Below, one piece after another: positions 1-11,920 of a stretch of DNA of 64,000 bases. The stretch is taken from contig NC_092350.1 of assembly GCF_963676685.1 (NCBI RefSeq), forward strand, positions 26,846,001-26,910,000. The letters are read 5' to 3'. The number at the start of each line of letters is the position of its first letter. The first letter of the stretch is position 1. The notes under the pieces were generated by a model, which worked only from the letters and a program-made list of their open reading frames with translations, was not told where the DNA came from and searched no databases. The position numbers and the translations under genes are program-made. This stretch comes from Mytilus edulis (Eukaryota).

Positions 1-1712
1 TTTTGACCCTTTATATTTCGCTTTTCGGTGTGAGCCGAGGCACCGTGTATAATGCCGCACTTTGACCTATAATCATTAACATGGTATTCATTGTGACCTG
101 GTTGGAGAGTTGTATCATAATCATTCATACCACATTTTTTTTAATTGATATGTGAACATTTTGTTCAGTATAATATACTTTTAAATTAACCAAAAAACGC
201 ACTGGTACAATCTATTCTCTGTATATCAACATATAAATATTTTTTTTAACTAAACAAAAACATACGACCTTTAAATAAGAGGATGTTTACATGGTTCTTC
301 CAATCAAGGCACTCCATAATTCAACCTCACGAACATCGAGCTCATAAATAATAGTAATTATTATTTTTTTTTAATGGTCGAATAGCAGGAATTAACTGTC
401 ATTATTTGAAGTCATCAGAACACTTTCCTATGAACATGTTAGTGTTCCAAGTGGCTAATTGAAATAATAGTTTCTGTGCTTTCTACTATTGATTTTATAT
501 ACTGAAATTGTTTATTCACAAATAAAGTAACGAATCAGCTTTAAAGTATATCTGTTTAAAAAAGATAAGCTATTAGTTTACTTGTCGTCACAGAAACGTA
601 TATAATAACGCAGGCAGTATATATGTTATGATAGCTACATGGAATATTAAAATCATATGTTACACTTTTATTCAGAATGGGAAAATCATTGTTTTAGATA
701 ATTGTAATGAACAAAATGTAAACAACACTCAATAAATCTCACTCAAAGCCGTGTGTTCGTAAGCCAATGATATATAACAGCCAAAACAGTTAAAGGGCTA
801 TATATGAACCCAAAAAGGACTTACAAATAGCCAAATTCATCCAAGTTCTAAGGAAAATGTAAACATAGCTTCATTTGGATATCCAAGCTTCTTCAATTTT
901 TACCAAAATCTTTGTCTAAAGTAGAATGATTTTTTTTAACTTTTTCTTTTTTTTCCGGGTTGGGGGGTGGGTAGTGGGAGTAACCAGATAAGATATATTT
1001 CCTATCGGCGAAACAGCACTGTCGTGTTAGCTCTTCATTGATATATTCGATAACGTTGGGGGATAATGTACTATCTCATACCGTTTCCTGGATACGTATG
1101 GTTGGATGACATGTTACTGATATGTGTATTCACTAAAAATAAAGTGCAAAATCGGTTGTATCAAACAGTCAAACAAATGTATTGGTCAATTTTTTTTTTA
1201 GGATTTTGTACACATCAAATTTAAATTATTTTTTTTATTAAATAAGGATTTTTTTACTGTTCATGTCTTTGTCTACAATGATTTAAACGAAAGGCGAAGA
1301 ATTTAAAAAAAAAACCCATTCAAAACTAGAAAAAAAAACCCTGCTTCATTGCAAGAAACGAAAAGAAACCTATCAAAAGTTTACAATTGTCCGTCAAATT
1401 CAAATTTTATAAAAAAAATTAAGCAACAACTCGCTATCAGGGAAATTGTCTTAGAAAACCCTAGTAGCGCATACGAACTGTGAGATATATAATGCATGTA
1501 TAGGTATTGCAATATACTAAACGTGAATATAAACAAAAATGTTTGTTTGTTTTTTTTAATTCTTAAAATCTCTTGAACTATAGCTCTTATGCGTGTTTAA
1601 ACTGCGGTCTATAGCGTACAGAATGAAATGAAAGACACATTTTGCAAGTGGTACAAGTAACTCACGCGGATATAGTATCATTGTGTGAAGTACATTTTTA
1701 GTATTTTGTAAA

Positions 1713-2390
1713 TAAAAGAGGGGCGGATGATACCAGATGGACATTCAAACTGATAGATCGAAAATTAACTAAGAACGCCATGGCTAAAAAAGAAAAAAAC
1801 AGACAAAAAAATAGTACACAACATAGAAAATTAAAGACTAAGCAACACGAACCCAACAAAAAACTGGCAATTATATCCGGTGCTCCGGAAGGGTAAGCAA
1901 TTCTAGTTCCACATATTGCACCCGTCGTGTCGATCATGTTATTACAAATCCGGTAAATAGTCTTTAGGTTACATTGATTGATAGGGAACGGGATTATAGT
2001 TACTACATGATAAATATATCCAATATCATATGTGATACGGATATTCCATAACGGTCAACCATCTCGTGATGGCATCCGTAAAATTTACGAAGGGATGATT
2101 TCAACTTCACCATTTAGATCTCTTGGTTTAATAGCTTCCCTTTGTGCAGCAACCCTCTATTAAGGAAATCATGATAGAAAATACAAGCTCGGTAATATCG
2201 TATCAATTGAAATATATACTCCGTTTGCAGGTGCTGCTGGAATGTTGATACATAGAAATGAAAAGTTCATAAATGGAAAACTGAAATCATCTCTTTTGTC
2301 GTAAAGTGTTTTACCGATCCGCATTGTCAATTTCTAGATGTAAGTCAAAATATGACGCAGACTAAATTGTTTCTATTGTATATTATAAAT
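1713..2390 (-). mobile_element. Decayed Penelope-like retroelement fragment (RT C-terminal region plus 3' repeat)
   Basis: The minus strand at ~2020-2330 translates, with a frameshift and a stop, to LYDKRDDFSFP..NF...NIPAAPANGVYIS..IRYYRAC...KSSLRKFYG.HHEMVDRYGISVS, a string I recognise from Penelope-like RT proteins. Its 3' part recurs at 4140-4420, ~19750-19920, 50866-51030, ~52500-52650 and ~58145-58350. Confidence 0.65.
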
Positions 2391-2516
2391 GATAATCTGC
2401 TGTAATATGAAATTCCACTTAGTGTTATGATTTTTTTAATCTTGTATCCCAGCTGGAATTAAAAATATCCGTGAAACTCTAAATAGTTATCAAAGGAACC
2501 AGGATTATAATTTAGT

Positions 2517-2560
2517 CCGCTAGACGCGCGTTTCGTCTACAAAAGACTCATCAGTGACGC
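2517..2560 (-). ncRNA. Type I hammerhead ribozyme motif (core intact, stem I weakened)
   Basis: Reverse complement GCGTCA-CTGATGA-GTCT(tttgt)AGAC-GAAA-CGCGCG-TC-TAGCGG, inside the repeat at ~2481-2725. Confidence 0.7.
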
Positions 2561-3344
2561 ACATATCAACATAGTTATAAAGTCAATCGAGTACAAAGTT
2601 GAAGAGAGTTGAGGATAAAAAAATTCAAAAAGTGGTGCCTAATACGGCTAAGGTTATCTATGCTTGGGACAAGGACATCCCCAGTTTTTGAAAAATTCAA
2701 AGTTTTGTAAACAGGAAATTTATAAAGCATAAAGCATAATCAATATCCTTCAATTGAAAAACAGCAAATTCTATCAATCATTTTGACCTAAGTCGAAAGT
2801 TAGTTTGTCTTTCAAATCCACAAAACTGACAGACATTTGGCCTAAAGTGAGGTCGATCTCCAAAGGTATAGGAAGTCACAAAACGCAATATTTTTTACTT
2901 TACAATTATATAATGGTACAAGTTGAATAGTAAACACAATACTTGATTTATACACATTGACCAGTAAATCATGAAAACGAAAAAGAATGAATGTAACCAA
3001 AAATCTATATTTTTACAATTTCAGCAAAAAAGGAAACATTTCTGACTTAAAAAAGGTTCACGAACTTTTATTTGAATGGACTGACAAACAAACAGTGTAG
3101 GCCTATCCTTATAGAAACTCAGTTCTTGCTAAGGATAAATAAAATTATCAACAATTACAAGCATATGATGTATGTTACAAGAAAATAACATATTCAAGAA
3201 TAAAAATATATATACCCTGGAAGGTAAGTGATACAATAAATAAAACAAGCACACATTGCAAATAAAAAATCCACAAAAAATCACTATGTGACTTCATGTT
3301 TGCAGTCTGGATTAATGCAAAAACTTAAACTTCATGTTCAAGTC

Positions 3345-3740
3345 TTAAGTAAAGTGTGTGTTTCTATGTTGTGATGTTATGCTATTGTTTCAGAAAAAGG
3401 GAGAAGGTTTGGATCCATTAAAACGTTTAATCCCGCTGCAAATGTTTGCACCTGTCCTAAGTCAGGAATCTGATGTACAGTATTTGTCGTTTGTTTATGT
3501 AATTTATACGTGTTTCTCGTTTCTCGTTTTTTTAAATTTTATATAGATTAGACCGTTGGTTTTCCCGTTTGCATGGTTTTACACTAGTAATTTTGGGCCC
3601 TTTATAGCTTGTTGTTCGGTGTGAGCCAAGGCTCCGTGTTGAAGGCCGTACATTGACCTTAAATGGTTTCCTTTTTATAAATTGTTATTTAGATAGAGGT
3701 TTGTCTCATTGGCACTCACACCACATCTTCCTATATCTAT
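3345..3740. repeat. Abundant dispersed repeat family (tail ...gttgtctcattggca..cataccacatcttc)
   Basis: Related copies or fragments at 1-140, 4435-4510, ~23000-23530, ~28330-28490, ~34000-34105, 42563-42663, ~43760-43950, ~44180-44350 and 63900-64000. Confidence 0.7.
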
Positions 3741-4139
3741 TAAGTGTATGCATGCTGTATGACAAAAAGAAGGTTGAAATACCACGTTATATCGTAAAAT
3801 GAAACCAACAAAATTGTTACATAATAAACTAGTGTAACAAGATTACTAAAAACAAATACGACCAATTGGCACTCAAATACATAAGCATACCTTTCAATGA
3901 ATAAAACCACTATTGCAAAACTCTTTTCGTTTCAATGTTAAATTCTGTACAGTTTAGCATACATGGATATTTTGTCTTCAGTTGGGTCATTCATGTCAGT
4001 ACTTTATATATATATATCTTATTATAACTTGTCCTAATAAAATCAACATGTCTTCAATTGAATTTAAGAGCACCCTAGTACCCGGAAGTTTGGTGGTACA
4101 AAACAAGTAAATGTGCCCTCCTTTTATAGTTTCATATAT

Positions 4140-4420
4140 TTTGACCTACCGAATTAGACTATTTACCGGATTTGTAATCACATAAGCAACACGACGGGTG
4201 CCGCATGTGGAGCAGGATCTGCTTACCCTTCCGGAGCACCTGAGATCACCCCTAGTTTTTGGTGGGGTTCGTGTTGTTTATTCTTTAGTTTTCTATGTTG
4301 TGTCATGTGTACTATTGTTTTTCTGTTTGTCTTTTTCATTTTTAGCCATGGCGTTGTCAGTTTTTTTTTTTTTAGATTTATGAGTTTGACTGTCCCTTTG
4401 GTATCTTTCGTCCCTCTTTT
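4140..4420 (+). repeat. Dispersed repeat, same family as the 3' part of the 1713-2390 element (inverted relative to it)
   Basis: Reverse-complement match to ~1713-1965 (ccggatttgtaa...caacacgacgggtgc...cttacccttccggagcacc...tttagccatggcgtt...ggtatct...cctctttt). Confidence 0.75.
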
Positions 4421-6224
4421 CTCTCTTATTCAAAATATAAAAAAAGGAGATGTGGTATGATTGTCACTTAGACAACTCTCCACAATAGACCAAAAGGACA
4501 CAGTAATTAGAATTTCAACAAGGGTTATTTAGAAATGTCATGTACGAAGCTTTCATTTGAAACCAAAATTACTAAATATCTTACTTATTGACCAAGTAAC
4601 AGCTATTCGGAGACAATAATTTGTTTAAAATATGATCTAATTATTTGTGCGTTCATTCTTGCCGGGTCTGAAGTAGTGATTGTACAAATGTATTCTTTAA
4701 AGAAGGCTTGCAGCTACTGAAAACAAGCTCGATGTTCACACTCTACACGTATTCAATCATTTTATTCTACAATCTTTTATCAATGAATAGAAGAGTTTTA
4801 CTTTATTAACCGTACATGGAAACATTATTGTGTGTTATTTCTACAAACACTGACTTCCTTCGCAGAATGAAGAAAAAATATAAATACATAATGATATTGC
4901 TTCAAAATTTATCACCCTAAAAATCAGACGCAGTATCTAAAAAACAATAGAAAAGTTGGAAATTTGCATATTATAGCATGACATTAGTTCCCACTCTTTT
5001 TTTTATAGCTTTATCAATAATATAAGCGCTTTATATACAACTTGTTAATATATTCCTGTTGGTGAATTTCTATGTTTGTAATTAACATATATATAGTATT
5101 CATTCATTTATGGAATATTCATTCGTGCTATTAAAGTTTTGATAAATGAAGAAATCAAAGTCATTGAAACCCAGGACACCACCGCAAAACGCAAATATCG
5201 GACAAACTGAGGCATTTACACTCCCTTAAAAGGACCATACGGAAAATCATCGTCAAGGAAAGTAAAATTCACAATAGGAAAAGACAAATCATTTTGTTGA
5301 ACATATTAGTATCAGGATTGCTATGGGTAATTCGTTGTACAGAGGTTTGAAGCTTTCTGTTTCAACACAAAATTTAATCAAATGACATTTTTTTTAGTTG
5401 TTTTAAAAAACCATTTGTTGTTTTCATTACTTTATTAACTATTGCTGTTAACGTTACTCGTATTCAGTATCAGCTATTATGCACATATATATATCAGGGG
5501 AGCAATAAATTCCCATCGCTTTTTGATAAATAGTAGAGTGTGGATGTATTTTTGTCTTTTTCTCTCTCTTTGAAAAACAACCGTGTGTTAAAATTACATG
5601 AGTATATGCATACTTTTTTTCTTCAAATTTGATCAACAGTAATAATGAAACAATGGACGAAGGACTTGATGTTGTATATGCATATATATAAATTGTCAAA
5701 CAATGTAATTTTAACAAACGTTTTAAGAACTGTTACAAATATCTAAAAACTAATATGTTGCTAGACAAACTAGATTCATCGGGCGTGCACCTATCCAGGT
5801 GATATCGAATTTAGACAAAAACGTGTTGAAGCCTGTTGCACATTACATTTTGCTGCTTAAATAATAACTATATATACAATATTTTTGTACAAAAGTAACT
5901 CAAAGATTAGGCCTTATTATTCGTGTATGCATAAAAAACTGCGTTCACCTTTGAAGGAATTATAGATTATCGTTGACCATCTAACTGAGATTGATTTTCT
6001 TGCATGAGCCGTTACGAGTTGAAATGACCAATGATAATATGTTTATCGCTATTTTACCTCAGGTTATGTTGTCAATTATATGTCAATTTCAATGACAACG
6101 CCACGTGACCCCTTAGTTTCTAGCGATATTTTTTAATATCACTCGACTCCGCTGAAAAAGGATTATCAGTCAGCATGATCAAATGAAAATACAATCTTGT
6201 ATATTAAAATGTTTTGCCTCAATG

Positions 6225-8801
6225 TTATTTAAGTGCTGTAACAAGTTGCCGCCAAAATACTACATCCCCTTGCTCGTCGTTTGGGAATTCTATGTACGAT
6301 TGGGATTGGACGACTTCTAAAATATGCAAAGGAAAATCACGAGCAGATATTTGCTCAAAAACCACAAGGAACAGTACATTTTCGTTATTGCGTTCGTAAA
6401 TACTCTCCATTCTCGCCATATTAAACTCAAACATACACCAGTACGACTTCAGGTAATGGTAAGTCATAATGACAACAGTTTTATGACTATTGTGAATAGC
6501 GGAAGTAATGTTAGTCGCGATGTCATTTCCTGGTAAAAAGTTTCTCTTATGTAAGCATAGGCGAATGCCATTTTCTTTTTCCAGTGTTTGAAGTAATTGT
6601 GTATGAACAAACGATCGATCGTCATCTGCATAAGACACAAAGACGTCATACATATATTCATTTTCATCTTCGTCAATTTGTGGTATCTTACTTCGAGATC
6701 TAATTTTCACCATGTAGTAACAGTATCTCAGCTTCCATCGAAATCGGTAACAAACACCCATGATAAGAACAATTATAAACAATGAAAGCGAAACAAGTAG
6801 TCCGGAAGTGAGAATCACATAGGATGTACATTCCTTTTCCAATGTTGTGAATAGTTCTGGAATATGTTTCATCTGAACACGTTTTCCAGTTGATAATTGA
6901 CAAAAGTAATGAGTTTTATTAACAATGTGTACACTTGTACTTCCCATCCAATCTATAAATTTTTGAGATTCACATGTACAAATCAGTTTGTTCCTCGACA
7001 GATTGATAGTAAGGTTTTTTCTCTTGTCAACTAAGGAATTAATCTGGATAATCGCTTGATTATTGATAAATGTTATTAAGTTATTTCTTAAATTTAAGTA
7101 TGACAGTTTTATCAAATGTGATAATTGAAAGTCAATATTTTCGATAAAATTGTCACTTAGATCTAAAAATTCCATTTTTATTTGAGATTTAAAAATCTGG
7201 TGAGGTAAATTGGATATTCTGTTTTGAGATAAATCAAGTTTTATTACATTTAACAAGTGTTGGAATGTGTTTCCATCGATATCAGATGGTAAGATAAGTC
7301 CCAGTAAATTATTACTCATTGACAACTTCTCTAATACAATGAAATCTGGACCGAAGAAGAACGTCGAAAGATAGGAGCACATATTCGAAGAAAGATCTAA
7401 GTATCTCAATTTCTTTACATTTCTCAATGGGCCAATCCAACGTGTCAAAAGGTTGTTGCTCAAATCAACACTTTCTAGTTTATTATTAGATAGCTCTACT
7501 TCCGTTATGTTATATTGGGAGCCACAAGAACGGTAATTCAATTTTGTAAGGTTGTAGGGTATGGGTATTAACGTTCTTCCAAAACCACCTTGTTCAGTTG
7601 TTCCACCTCGAAACCACACATGTTTAAATTGAGGATCCAAATATTCGTCAAGTCTAACATCAGTGTGCCAAGTACACACAAGGTCTAAGTTGCACTTTTC
7701 TGGGTTACTATCTTCCTTGTGGAATGAATTCATGCCGGATACATCTACAGTTTTTACTGATAAAGCCAACAAGTCATTCACGTATGGTCCTAAGGAAAAC
7801 ATGTTGTCTCTTACTGATAGATGGATCAATGTTGTGGGAAGAAATCTCAAAGCACCAGGTTCTATTTGTTGTAGACGGTTGCTGTCCATATGAAGCTCTA
7901 GGATGGATGTGTTTTTCAAATGCTTTATATGGTTAGTATGCAAATATGTATTCATATCAAAGACTTTATGGATTTTGTTGACTTTCAAAATTTTGATTGC
8001 GGAAAACTGAAGGTCGGCTGTTACATTTTCCAACACCTGAAATTTCAAGCATGTATTTCCTGATAAATCGAGAGAGGCAATATTTTTCATTACATGAAAA
8101 GTCTTTATCTGTAAGGATTTTATTTTGCACATAGATAAATTTAAATGTCGAACGTATGGTACATTCTGAAATGTGTTGGGTGTCAAAACTGGTACTGAAC
8201 AATGTCCTGTAAACCCAGAAAAATCCAGAAGCTTCAGGCGTTTGAGTTTTTTAAACTGTTTACTCAGTATTGCTGTTTTGTTATGCACAAAATCCATTTT
8301 CAAAGTTTCCAATCGCACTAAAGATGATATATCAGGCTGATATTCATCATAAAAGTTTTCCTTCAAATTCAAATAAACTAAGCTTTTAAAACGAGCCAAC
8401 CATTGGTGCGTAAAACTAATCTTTCTCAAATTGTTATGTTGAAGGTCGAGTTCTTTTAACTTTTCTAATCCGATGAAAGAAGATGATGAAATTGAGTTAA
8501 TGTTATTGAATGAAAGATCCAACGATGTTAGAAGTGTGTTTTCCGAAAATATTCCATCTTTAATCACCTCCAAGCTATTCATTCGTAAAGATAGTTTTAA
8601 AAGTACGTTTGGAAACCTTTGTATTCGTGTCATATTTAGTCTTGAACAATCTGCAACGTAAAGCGATGAACTCTGGTCTCTTTTACATGCGCATCTATGA
8701 TCGAACTCACACGGTTTAAATCTATTTTTTCGTTTAATTATTGAGGCAGACCTGTAAAGTATTTCGAATGTTAGAACCAATACATATAACGGTCGTATCA
8801 T
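6225..8801 (-). CDS. Toll-like receptor (single cysteine cluster type), intronless CDS, 858 aa
   Basis: One long ORF. N-terminal hydrophobic leader; LRRNT (CEFDHRCAC...VADCSRL); many LxxLxLxxN LRRs; one juxtamembrane LRRCT (NKLICTCESQKFIDWM...YFC); TM helix (VILTSGLLVSLSLFIIVLIMGVCY); TIR domain with box1 YDVFVSYA, BB loop CLHKRNFLPG, YLKSYWCMFE and box3 FW. Confidence 0.96.
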   Translation of the reverse strand: MIRPLYVLVLTFEILYRSASIIKRKNRFKPCEFDHRCACKRDQSSSLYVADCSRLNMTRIQRFPNVLLKLSLRMNSLEVIKDGIFSENTLLTSLDLSFNNINSISSSSFIGLEKLKELDLQHNNLRKISFTHQWLARFKSLVYLNLKENFYDEYQPDISSLVRLETLKMDFVHNKTAILSKQFKKLKRLKLLDFSGFTGHCSVPVLTPNTFQNVPYVRHLNLSMCKIKSLQIKTFHVMKNIASLDLSGNTCLKFQVLENVTADLQFSAIKILKVNKIHKVFDMNTYLHTNHIKHLKNTSILELHMDSNRLQQIEPGALRFLPTTLIHLSVRDNMFSLGPYVNDLLALSVKTVDVSGMNSFHKEDSNPEKCNLDLVCTWHTDVRLDEYLDPQFKHVWFRGGTTEQGGFGRTLIPIPYNLTKLNYRSCGSQYNITEVELSNNKLESVDLSNNLLTRWIGPLRNVKKLRYLDLSSNMCSYLSTFFFGPDFIVLEKLSMSNNLLGLILPSDIDGNTFQHLLNVIKLDLSQNRISNLPHQIFKSQIKMEFLDLSDNFIENIDFQLSHLIKLSYLNLRNNLITFINNQAIIQINSLVDKRKNLTINLSRNKLICTCESQKFIDWMGSTSVHIVNKTHYFCQLSTGKRVQMKHIPELFTTLEKECTSYVILTSGLLVSLSLFIIVLIMGVCYRFRWKLRYCYYMVKIRSRSKIPQIDEDENEYMYDVFVSYADDDRSFVHTQLLQTLEKENGIRLCLHKRNFLPGNDIATNITSAIHNSHKTVVIMTYHYLKSYWCMFEFNMARMESIYERNNENVLFLVVFEQISARDFPLHILEVVQSQSYIEFPNDEQGDVVFWRQLVTALK

Positions 8802-9377
8802 GACGATGAAATAAATAACGAATTAATTAGTTTTCTCAAATTTTACCCTGACGGTGGAATCATAGAGTTACTAGTTCTACAAGGTCCAAATGTAATACTC
8901 TCATTTGAAACACGTGTACATGTATATATATAAAAAAAACTTCACTCTTTGAACATATTGAATAAGTGGTACCATTACAAGTGGTGCTAAACATATAATA
9001 CAATACTAAGACTTTGACTTATTTATTTCCTTGTTTCACATCCGTAGAGATACTCGATGAACGTATAAACAGCTCTTCAAGTTGACAGCTTTTCACATTT
9101 GTCATTTTGATTTCTTCCTGTTTTTACTACATTTTAAAAACAAATATTCCGTTTATTACCAAAAACAAATAAAATAACTTTTAATTTTTGTTTAAAGTAA
9201 TTCAGATTTATTTCATTTACATTTGGCTTGAAGAGGCTTTTGCATCCTTTTGAATTTGATTGGCAAAATTAAAAAAAAACATGTCTGAGTTCGCATAATA
9301 CTTGCACACCAAATAGGATAGTGGTGGATCATGTTTTAACAACACTTGATGGAAAACTGTAGACGTACATGTATACA

Positions 9378-9893
9378 GTAAAATCACAAAAATACTTAAC
9401 TCCGAGGAAAATTCAATCTGAAAGTCCCTAATCACATGGCAAAATCAAAAAGCAAAACACATCAAACGAATGGACAACAACTGTCATATTCCTGACTTGG
9501 TACAGGCATTTTCAAATGTAGAAAATGGTAGATTGAACCTGGTTTTATAGCACTAAATCTCTCCCTTGTACGACAGTCTCATCAAGTATATGGGTGTTTT
9601 ATAAGTGCGAGAACACGATTCAGATTATTTTTTTAATGGGAGTCAAGATTTTCCAACGTCCTATATTTCGCAAGATAGCAGTCCATGGGCAGACATGTTC
9701 TTAGCATTTTCCCTTCGTAAACATTATTTCCACTAAAAAAATTAATACTGATAAATTTCGAGTAGAGTACTTAACAGACAAGCAGCACTTACTCTATTCG
9801 TTTGATGTGGTTGAGCTTTTGATTTTGCCATTTCATTAGGGACTTTCCGTTTTGAATTTTCCTCAGAGTTCAGTATTGTTGTGATTTTACTTT
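9378..9893. repeat. Two inverted copies of a dispersed repeat (9378-9585 and 9797-9893) upstream of the TLR
   Basis: aaaatcacaaaaatact.aactc.gaggaaaattcaa..ggaaagtccctaat..aatggcaaaatcaaaag occurs on opposite strands; a third copy lies at ~47300-47485. Confidence 0.75.
9839..9848. promoter_or_regulatory. Canonical NF-kB motif GGGACTTTCC ~1 kb upstream of the TLR start codon (repeat-borne)
   Basis: Exact GGGACTTTCC at 9839-9848; a one-mismatch inverted copy TGAAAGTCCC at 9419-9428. Function untested. Confidence 0.35.
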
Positions 9894-10955
9894 TAACTAA
9901 TATTATAATTTTCGTTGCTTTATAATTAAATAAAAACACACCAAAATTGATTTGATACTCAATATGCATCATTGGAAACTTATTTTAAAAACGTTTTAAT
10001 TTCAACCACACACCAAAGTAAAACCAATTGCTATTAAACACCATTATAAAAATTAATAAACGAGCCTGAATACGAAAGTGTCATGCGACGGCGCTTTTCC
10101 ACATGGGAGAGATCCGTTTGTGCCAAAAATGCGTCCTTTTGCGCCACAACTGTTTTTCTCCAATGCTAAGTTTGCGCCACATGTTTTAAAATGACATGGT
10201 ATCATTTGTGCCAAAAAAACCCATATGATTGCACCAATTAGAAGAAAATGACTTCCCTACTCCTTTATTCAGACTTAGAACCGGCAGTTTACACGCCAAA
10301 TGTTTCCTTTTCTGAAACATATTTTCTTCTTACTGCAGCTGCATGGGCACTTCCCAATTTAATGTATGTTGGTAGCTTGTAACTTCACTTTATATATTGT
10401 CCAAAAACACAAACATTGAAGGATGAAATACACAAAACAGTTCATAATAATCTCTAATAATGATAAAGCCCATACGCAATGTGGGAACAAAGCACCGTGT
10501 CAACAGTATATGTGGCTAAGACATAAACAGCAAAAGTTTTTTTTTTTTTTTTTTTTTTATCTCTATTGGTATATCTTTATTAAATATTCAGCACAGCAAT
10601 AAGTTTTTATTCTCTCTCTGCACATTAACTGTCTAATGTATTTTAAGTCATTTCTCTCCAGATGCTCATCTTCATGGTGAAATATCCGAACATATGATAC
10701 GTCAAAAATAAGGATAAATATATGTATCAATCATTAATATTTCTGGATTTACCTGTTGCAATGATAGATCATGTGTTCTTTCACTGAAAAAAACCCCCAT
10801 AAAACGCTTGTCACTATGGAAGCAACAATCAATTTAAATATAAAAGATATAATTTGGACTTTTTCGTATCCTTCGATAAAAAAAAATCGAAATTATTTAA
10901 GATATTGTATCAGAATTATAAATAGTTATCAAAGGTACCAAGATTATCATTAAAT

Positions 10956-10999
10956 ACACCAGACCCGTATTTCTTCTATATAAGACTCATCAGTGACGC
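10956..10999 (-). ncRNA. Degenerate type I hammerhead ribozyme motif
   Basis: Reverse complement GCGTCA-CTGATGA-GTCT(tatat)AGAA-GAAA-TACGGG-TC-TGGTGT. Stems II and III damaged; inside the repeat at ~10919-11070. Confidence 0.5.
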
Positions 11000-11920
11000 T
11001 CAGATCAAAATAGTTATAAAGCCAAACAAGCACAAAGTTGAAGAGCGTTAAGGACCCAAAATTCCAAAATTCAAATAAGTTGCGGCAATGTATAGAGACA
11101 TTTGAATTTATGTATGCAAGTAAGAAAAAACATCTTTCTCCACTTTATATATTATATATTTTACAAATATATATTAATACATACATTGTACTTTATACTT
11201 TTTTTGGATTTAACCTTTGGTTGCGAACGTGCAGAAAAAAATCATATTTATTCAAGTGCATGGGAAACGTTTATCTCACGGACGTATTTTTGTTTCAGGT
11301 ACTATTAATATATTAATAACGCATTTTATATCGAAGTTCCACTATGTTCCATTAGGCCTTGGACTTTAACAATATCCGGGAACATTGGCCATACCTCTTA
11401 TGGTGTTGGAAAACAATTGATGTTCGTTATGACGGTACTCGTCTAAATTGTCATGTTGATAAAGCTATAGGCACATTATCAATCTGAAACTTTATGGAAA
11501 ATTCTAAACAAGAGCAATTCTCTGTTATTACTCTACTTGGGAAACAATTCACTGTTTTATATTACTCGACAAAATAATGGATTTATTTTTATCCAAATAA
11601 ATTAAAGGATTTGTTTACAGCAATTGTAATGCTTTCTTTGATGATTCGTAATTGAAGATTAAGGTGGCGAAATTTACTTTAAAATCAATTATATAATATA
11701 TTTTTTTGTTAATTTTCTGTCAAAATTGTAATCTGCTGCGAATATTCTACTCAGACTATTGTTGTTTAAAGCAATTAAGTATCAGCTGGGATACAATATG
11801 TGTGGTTTGCATCTTTATGCTATACCAGACCGTCTATCATGTATATTTCATGCCTTCAATAACGAAATTTTCCCCTAAAAAGGTGTGAAATTTTGTATGT
11901 AATCAAAATTGTTTTCAAGA

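Noticed and set aside
4198-4383. Short hydrophobic ORFs (also 1698-1937, 3358-3546, 50922-51155)
   Set aside because: They lie in dispersed repeat families; the hydrophobicity reflects T-rich repeat sequence.
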